From NCBI GenBank assembly GCA_963514005.1, contig OY740807.1, forward strand, positions 23,994,001 through 24,058,000: 64,000 nucleotides of DNA, given 5' to 3'. How positions within the stretch are numbered: position 1 is the first letter of the stretch; each line of letters opens with the position of its first letter. This DNA comes from Raja brachyura (Eukaryota). The position numbers and the translations under genes were made by a program. This document shows positions 63,841 to 64,000 of the stretch, in pieces. The notes under the pieces are model-generated. The model ran no database searches, was not told the DNA's origin, and saw only the letters and a list, made by a program, of their open reading frames with translations.

Positions 63841-64000
63841 GACACAAATTGTTGGAGTAACTCAGCGGGTCAGGCAGCATCTCGGGAGAACATCAGATCG
63901 CCAGTCTTAAGAAGGGTCCTGACCGGAAATGTCGCCAATACATGTTCTCCAGAGATGCTGCTTGACTCGCTGTGTTACTCCAGCACTTGGTGTTCTTTTG
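63841..64000. mobile_element. Penelope-derived fold-back element at the window edge
   Basis: Inverted arms flank CAGTCTTAAGAAGGGTCCTGACCGGAAATGTC. Confidence 0.75.

Noticed and set aside
56700-64000. Next HIP1 exon (FQLTVEMFDY...)
   Set aside because: Searched by eye and not found; it probably lies beyond the window end

Overview
Eukaryotic (vertebrate) genomic DNA, most likely from a cartilaginous fish such as a skate or ray, inferred from an HE1-type SINE, HER1/CR1 LINE ends and the repeat repertoire. The window lies inside the + strand gene for huntingtin-interacting protein 1 (HIP1). Five short coding exons of the ANTH domain are recognisable at 24019-24082, 28388-28530, 33435-33491, 47385-47465 and 56623-56699, probably exons 2-6; exon 1 and exon 7 onward were not found. 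The intron between the first two exons is a minor-spliceosome (U12) AT-AC intron. The rest is intronic and dense in transposable elements: a full-length dead Tc1, three PIF/Harbinger-type MITEs, hAT-like ends, Rex1/Babar, CR1, RTE and L2-like LINE fragments, HE1 SINEs and possible Gypsy relics. The most striking unexplained pattern is about 25 short (~50-250 bp) insertions derived from the end of a Penelope-like retroelement. Many carry a minimal hammerhead-ribozyme core (CUGAnGA-A-stem II-GAAAC-GUH), many are flanked by 9-16 bp target-site duplications, and several inserted as fold-back dimers. Most ORF-track entries are spurious or TE debris. All calls were made by eye; boundaries of old repeats are approximate.
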